From assembly GCA_965222605.1 (NCBI GenBank), contig OZ244960.1:416001-480000 (forward strand): 64,000 nucleotides of DNA, given 5' to 3'. Below the pieces are notes generated by a model. The model worked only from the letters and a program-made list of their open reading frames with translations, ran no database searches and was not told where the DNA came from. A program made the position numbers and the translations under genes. The DNA is from Candidatus Latescibacterota bacterium. GTDB taxonomy: Bacteria > Latescibacterota > UBA2968. This document shows positions 59,149 to 64,000 of the stretch, piece by piece; within the stretch, counting starts at the first letter, position 1, and each line of letters begins with the position of its first letter.

Positions 59149-60447
59149 ATGGGTTCCGTTTACAGTTCGCTATTTGTCGCAACGGTCTGGGCAGGTCATC
59201 CCGTCGGATTTGATCTATTGACCCACGGCGATGTGCAGTTTATCGCGTTTTACAATGCCGAACGCAAAATGACCGTTGGAATGCGAAAGCTAAATGAAGA
59301 AACATGGACATTTGCACACCCCGAAGGTATATGGCTGGAAAATCGGGGCCGACTGTCTTCGGAGATCGGATGGGACAGTCACAATTCACTGACCATGGCC
59401 ATCGACGACGATGGCCATATTCATTTGTGCGGCAATATGCATGTGGATCCCTTGATTTATTTTCGCACAACGCGGCCACTCGATGTCACGAGTTTTGAAC
59501 GCATAGACTTTATGGTCGGCAAAAATGAGGATCGCTGTACCTACCCCGTGTTTATGCGCGGCCCAAATAATGAATTGATTTTTCGATATCGAGACGGCAG
59601 TAGTGGCAATGGGGTCGATTTTTACAATGTGTACGATGTCCAGACAAAAACATGGCATCGTATGCACGATACGCCATTATTAGATGGTTTGGACCGCATG
59701 AATGCCTACGCGCGCATGCCCGAAAAAGGGCCGGATGGGAATTATCACATGGTCTGGATCTGGCGCGATACACCCGATTGTGCGACCAATCACAGTATTT
59801 CTTATGCCTACAGTCCAGACATCATATCCTGGAAAACAGGTAGTGGCGACGCTCTGACTTTGCCAATTACAATAGAAAGCGGTGCCACCGTCGATCCCGT
59901 GCCCCCAGGAGGGGGATTGATCAATATGACGCAATCCCTGGGCTTTGACGACCAGAAGCGCGCCGTGATCAGCTATCACAAACACGACGAAAATGGATAT
60001 ACACAAGCCTATTGTGCGCGTTTGGAAAGCGGCGAGTGGGTATTTTACAAGGTGAGTGATTGGACTTATCGGTGGGAGTTTGGGGGCGGAGGCTCTATCG
60101 GCGCAGAAATCCGATTGGGCAGTGTCAAAGCAGAGGCCGATGGGCATCTCAGCCTGAGTTACTGGCATATAAAAGAAGGCCAGGGAATCTGGAAATTGCA
60201 TCCCCAAACCCTGCAAGTGATCGGGACATACCCACCACCCGATAACGAGATACCCGATGAATTGGAGCAAGTGACATCTGATTATCCGGGCATGACCGTC
60301 AATCTGCGCGGTGCTCGCGGCAAGGGAACAAGGCGGGATGAACAATACATCTTGCGCTGGGAAACACTGGATCGCAACCGCGACAGACCCAGAGAAAAAA
60401 TTCCACCGCCAAGCGAATTGCGACTCTATATCCTTCGTAAACAATAA
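59149..60447 (+). CDS. BNR-repeat (BNR_4-like) beta-propeller protein
   Basis: DSHN...DGHIHLCGNMH, TYPVF, YRDGSSGNG. Confidence 0.75.
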   Translation: MGSVYSSLFVATVWAGHPVGFDLLTHGDVQFIAFYNAERKMTVGMRKLNEETWTFAHPEGIWLENRGRLSSEIGWDSHNSLTMAIDDDGHIHLCGNMHVDPLIYFRTTRPLDVTSFERIDFMVGKNEDRCTYPVFMRGPNNELIFRYRDGSSGNGVDFYNVYDVQTKTWHRMHDTPLLDGLDRMNAYARMPEKGPDGNYHMVWIWRDTPDCATNHSISYAYSPDIISWKTGSGDALTLPITIESGATVDPVPPGGGLINMTQSLGFDDQKRAVISYHKHDENGYTQAYCARLESGEWVFYKVSDWTYRWEFGGGGSIGAEIRLGSVKAEADGHLSLSYWHIKEGQGIWKLHPQTLQVIGTYPPPDNEIPDELEQVTSDYPGMTVNLRGARGKGTRRDEQYILRWETLDRNRDRPREKIPPPSELRLYILRKQ

Positions 60448-60487
60448 AAAAAAGCCCCCGTTGAATATATCACCGGGGGGCTTTAAT
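60447..60487. terminator. Terminator hairpin
   Basis: AAAGCCCCCG...CGGGGGGCTTT. Confidence 0.7.
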
Positions 60488-60610
60488 TGTCGCCCGCTAT
60501 TGCACAACAGCAATGGCGGGATTTTTTTGTTTGGAGATGGGATTTCATAACTTATTATTCTCTGTGAGTATATTGTTCCGCAATCGTGTTCGCATAAAAA
60601 AGGAGACGAC

Positions 60611-61579
60611 ATGAGTTCTGATACATTTCGCGGGGTCTTTACCATTCCGTCAACGCCGTTTAAACAAAATGGAGATGTCGATTGGGGCGATCTCAAGCGC
60701 GTGATTGATTTTTGTATCACCTGCGGCGCGCACGGAATTGTCTGGCCCGTAAATGCCAGTAGTTTTCCCGTATTGACCGACCAGGAACGCATGCACGGTA
60801 TGCAGATGGTCGTAGAACACACCGCCGGGCGCGTTCCAGTAATTCTCGGCGTTCAGGGGGCGAGTAGTAATCACGCGGTGATGTTCGCGCGTCACGCGCA
60901 GGTATTGGAAGCCGATGCCGTCATTGCAATGGCCCCTTATATAGAGCCAATCGAGGACGAAGATGCGATGGTGCGCTATTACCAGGCGATAGACCGCGAA
61001 GTGGATATGCCAATTTTTATACAAAATCACACGCGGGGCAGCGAGTTGTCAATCGATACAGTGGTGCGATTGATCAACGAAGTAGAACACATAGAATACG
61101 TCAAAGAAGAGGTCTTCCCCCCAACACACATGATTACGGGCTTAATCGAACAGGCCGGGCCAAAATTGAAGGGCGTATTTGGCGGAGCCAGTGGCCGCTA
61201 TTTATTGCTCGAACATCCGCGCGGTGTGGCGGGGCAAATGCCCGGCTGTCACATAACAGATATTGTGGTGCGCCTGTGGAATGCCCTGGAGGCTGGAGAT
61301 CTGAAAGAGGCAAAACGGGTATATGGCATCATGGCTCCCCTATTTGCGCTCGAGACATTAAAAGGCACAAATTATCCCGAAATACTGCGCCGACGCCAGG
61401 TAATCAAAAGCTCGCACAGCCGTTTGACAACCCGCTTTCCAACTCAAGATGCGTACGATCACGAGGCTCTCGACGATATTTTGCGGGACCTGGAACCGCT
61501 ATTTACCTGGAACGAAAAGCCACTGCTATACGGCCCACCTGAATGGCTTAAACACAAGATCAATGATCGGACGGGTTAA
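60611..61579 (+). CDS. Dihydrodipicolinate synthase (DapA-like) family aldolase
   Basis: TPF..NGDVD, GRVPVILGV, IFIQN, YVKEE. Confidence 0.88.
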   Translation: MSSDTFRGVFTIPSTPFKQNGDVDWGDLKRVIDFCITCGAHGIVWPVNASSFPVLTDQERMHGMQMVVEHTAGRVPVILGVQGASSNHAVMFARHAQVLEADAVIAMAPYIEPIEDEDAMVRYYQAIDREVDMPIFIQNHTRGSELSIDTVVRLINEVEHIEYVKEEVFPPTHMITGLIEQAGPKLKGVFGGASGRYLLLEHPRGVAGQMPGCHITDIVVRLWNALEAGDLKEAKRVYGIMAPLFALETLKGTNYPEILRRRQVIKSSHSRLTTRFPTQDAYDHEALDDILRDLEPLFTWNEKPLLYGPPEWLKHKINDRTG

Positions 61580-61631
61580 ACCGGCCTTTGTAAATAATCG
61601 CTCAATCTCCAATTTGTGACACGGAAATTTC

Positions 61632-64000
61632 ATGCACCTGAAATCATTGTCTCAATTGACAGTTTATTTTTTTATCCTTTGGGGATCCATCTCATCCAGC
61701 ATTGCCCAGGAAGTCTCGTTAGTGTCTCAGGACACGACGGCTGCTGGCCGCTGGAGCCTTCTAACCGGCACCGCTTTTTTGAACGCCGGTGAACAGCCCT
61801 ACATAGACCGAGAAGGCAGCATGTGGTGGGGATACCAGGGCGATGTCTTTGTGCTGAAGCAGAGTCAATTGTCAAAGATAACCGTGGGATGGCGTGTGAG
61901 CGTGATATCGCAAGATTCAACAGGTGCCATGTGGTTTTTTGGACATCACAGCGATTCGCTCATTGTATCGCGTTACGACGGTACTATACGGGAGATAACG
62001 AGAACGCAAGTAAAGTGGAATTTGATTGTAAGTCCCCCGGCAGTTGTAGATGGCAAAGGGCGATTTTGGATGCGTGCCGAGCCTTTGTATAGACGCAGGT
62101 CAAGAGGCAGCTACGGCATCTTCGAGTATTCCAATGGCCGCTGGTTTCACCACACAACTGAAGCAGGACTCAGGAATGATCGTATTTACGACCTGGCCGT
62201 TGATCAAAAAGGCTATCCCTGGGCCGCGACTTACAGAAGTGTGAGCCAATACCGAGACGGGCAATGGCACAATTTTGATCATACAGACGGTTTAAGCAAT
62301 CAGAAAGTGTATCGAATTGCAGTGGGGAAAAATGGCGACATCTGGTGTACGCATGGCAATCGCAGTGATATTTCCGTTTATGATGGTGATAAATGGCGCG
62401 TGATCAATACGGATTCCGGTATGCCCTTTGGGAAAGTGCGGGCAGCACTTTGTGCGCGAGATGGCACCTTCTGGTTTGGTGTACACTATGATGATATTAC
62501 AGATCCTGAACAAAGCGGTCTGGTTCGCTTTGACGGGCAATCGTGGCTTGTGTTGACAGAAAAGGACGGATTACCGGGCAATCACGTTCTGGAAATTTTT
62601 GAACTGCTGGACGGAAAGCTATTGTTGCAGATTCCAGATCAATCACTTGTAGTATTTGAACCGGATACAACGCAATGGGCGCGTGTTTCGGGATATGTTG
62701 AAAATCGGGATGGAACCGCTATAGATTCTGTTGCTGTGTCTCTCACAACACCCAAAGGGCATGTAAAAGCGAGTACGGTAACCAATGCGCAGGGTTTTTA
62801 CGAAATGAGGGTCTTGCCCGGCGAATACAGGATTCAAGTGCCAGATGCCTGGGGTGGAGAACGCGACATAGTCGTAGCCCCTGGAGAGACTGTCAGTGGC
62901 GTGGATATTCGTCCCTTTTGGTTTGCCGATTTGGAAACGCGCAATGTCGTTTTCGGACTTGTTTTTTTGTTTTTTATAGTTATGGTGCTCGTTGGCCTGC
63001 TCTATATCGCCATCCGCACAATTGCCGTACAACCGCTCAAAGTGCCCGAACTGAGTGAAGAACACAATCCTCTCCGTCTTCGTTTTCACGGAAATGGGAG
63101 TAGCTTGTTTGGCATTTTTGTGATCAATGTGTTGCTTACACTCCTCACGCTCGGGGTGTATTATTTTTGGGGCAAGGCAAAAATCCGGCGTTATATGCAC
63201 AGCCAAACAGAATTGCACAACAGCCGATTCTCAAACCACACCACTGGCGGCGAACTCTGCATTGGCTGGATTAAAGCCATTATTTTAATCGTCACAATCG
63301 TATTGATTTCGGAAATACCTTCGTTTTTCTGGGAAGATATGACGCATGAGTGGATCACCACACTCGCGTTTTACGGGCTTCTGCTTTTTGTATTTTTGCC
63401 ACTGGCCATTGTGGGGTCCTTGCGTTTCAGGCTCAGCCGAACTTCCTATCGGGGCATTCGTTTCTCCTTCAGGGGCAATGGCAAAATATTTTTTAAAATC
63501 TATTATACCGGACTGTTAAAAACAATATTCACCCTGGGGCTATACTATCCCTATTTTGAAACGGAGATTCGCCAATTCCTGACTAATGGCGTGCGTTTTG
63601 GCACGGGGCGTTTTGAATTTGCTGGCACGGGGCGCGCCCTATTCTGGTATTTTGTGTTAAATTTGTTACTCACGCCTTTTACACTGGGTCTGTGCTGGTA
63701 TTGGTACTCAGCACTTAAGACGCGCTACTATTGGTCTTGCACGACATTCGAAGGCATTTCATTTCACTCAACCGTTGTTGGTAGTCGCCTTCTTTTCCTA
63801 AAAATCGAAAATTTTATTTTGCTCGCCATTTCTCTGGGGCTGGCATGGCCTTGGGTTGCGGTTCGCAACAACAGATTTTTGTGCGACTATCTCGTTTTGT
63901 CCGACCAACCCAATTTTTCCAGTATTGCCCAGGACTTTTCAGATGCCGGAGCAACGGGCGAAGGATTGAGCGATTATCTGGATTTCGAATTTGAGTTTTA
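61632..64000 (+). CDS. Beta-propeller + carboxypeptidase-regulatory-like + DUF898/YjgN membrane protein fusion; stop codon cut by the window edge
   Basis: Manual translation: signal peptide, DGLSNQKVYRI-type propeller repeats, VSGYVENRDG...PGEY, then FHGNGSSLF...LLTLLTLGVYYFW. Confidence 0.8.
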   Translation, partial: MHLKSLSQLTVYFFILWGSISSSIAQEVSLVSQDTTAAGRWSLLTGTAFLNAGEQPYIDREGSMWWGYQGDVFVLKQSQLSKITVGWRVSVISQDSTGAMWFFGHHSDSLIVSRYDGTIREITRTQVKWNLIVSPPAVVDGKGRFWMRAEPLYRRRSRGSYGIFEYSNGRWFHHTTEAGLRNDRIYDLAVDQKGYPWAATYRSVSQYRDGQWHNFDHTDGLSNQKVYRIAVGKNGDIWCTHGNRSDISVYDGDKWRVINTDSGMPFGKVRAALCARDGTFWFGVHYDDITDPEQSGLVRFDGQSWLVLTEKDGLPGNHVLEIFELLDGKLLLQIPDQSLVVFEPDTTQWARVSGYVENRDGTAIDSVAVSLTTPKGHVKASTVTNAQGFYEMRVLPGEYRIQVPDAWGGERDIVVAPGETVSGVDIRPFWFADLETRNVVFGLVFLFFIVMVLVGLLYIAIRTIAVQPLKVPELSEEHNPLRLRFHGNGSSLFGIFVINVLLTLLTLGVYYFWGKAKIRRYMHSQTELHNSRFSNHTTGGELCIGWIKAIILIVTIVLISEIPSFFWEDMTHEWITTLAFYGLLLFVFLPLAIVGSLRFRLSRTSYRGIRFSFRGNGKIFFKIYYTGLLKTIFTLGLYYPYFETEIRQFLTNGVRFGTGRFEFAGTGRALFWYFVLNLLLTPFTLGLCWYWYSALKTRYYWSCTTFEGISFHSTVVGSRLLFLKIENFILLAISLGLAWPWVAVRNNRFLCDYLVLSDQPNFSSIAQDFSDAGATGEGLSDYLDFEFEF

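Noticed and set aside
59680-60822. 380-aa minus-strand ORF
   Set aside because: Antisense to two well-supported genes and crosses a terminator.

Overview
Bacterial chromosomal window. Its repertoire of secreted LRR, ankyrin, MORN-like and dockerin-like proteins suggests a host-associated lineage such as a sponge symbiont (inference only). The left core region holds an M16 peptidase, an acidic double-glycine-leader-like ORF, an AraC response regulator, an ABC exporter pair, an rnhB-yraN fusion, hisS, aspS, a LysM protein, phoH, a 7TM-HD protein, ybeY, a CorC-like gene and tRNA-fMet. A ~32 kb island (17657-49908) is integrated at the 3' end of tRNA-fMet and bounded by a 9-bp direct repeat, GCTACCAAA. 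The rebuilt attP has near-perfect 13-bp inverted arms. It also fuses the large-serine-recombinase C-terminus at the left end in frame to a 157-aa HTH module at the right end, so the att site splits one gene. Island cargo includes a cytoplasmic beta-propeller sigma54 activator flanked by two inverted copies of an enhancer/sigma54-promoter cassette, two families of modular secreted repeat proteins, FRG, HEPN and patatin genes, and many IS pieces. The right core region holds a PemK-type TA operon, nrdR with NrdR boxes, a tetraheme cytochrome, a phosphodiesterase, tRNA-His and tRNA-Arg, TetR, HD, M23, BNR and DHDPS-like genes, and a propeller-DUF898 fusion. All family assignments come from motif recognition by eye; no searches were run.
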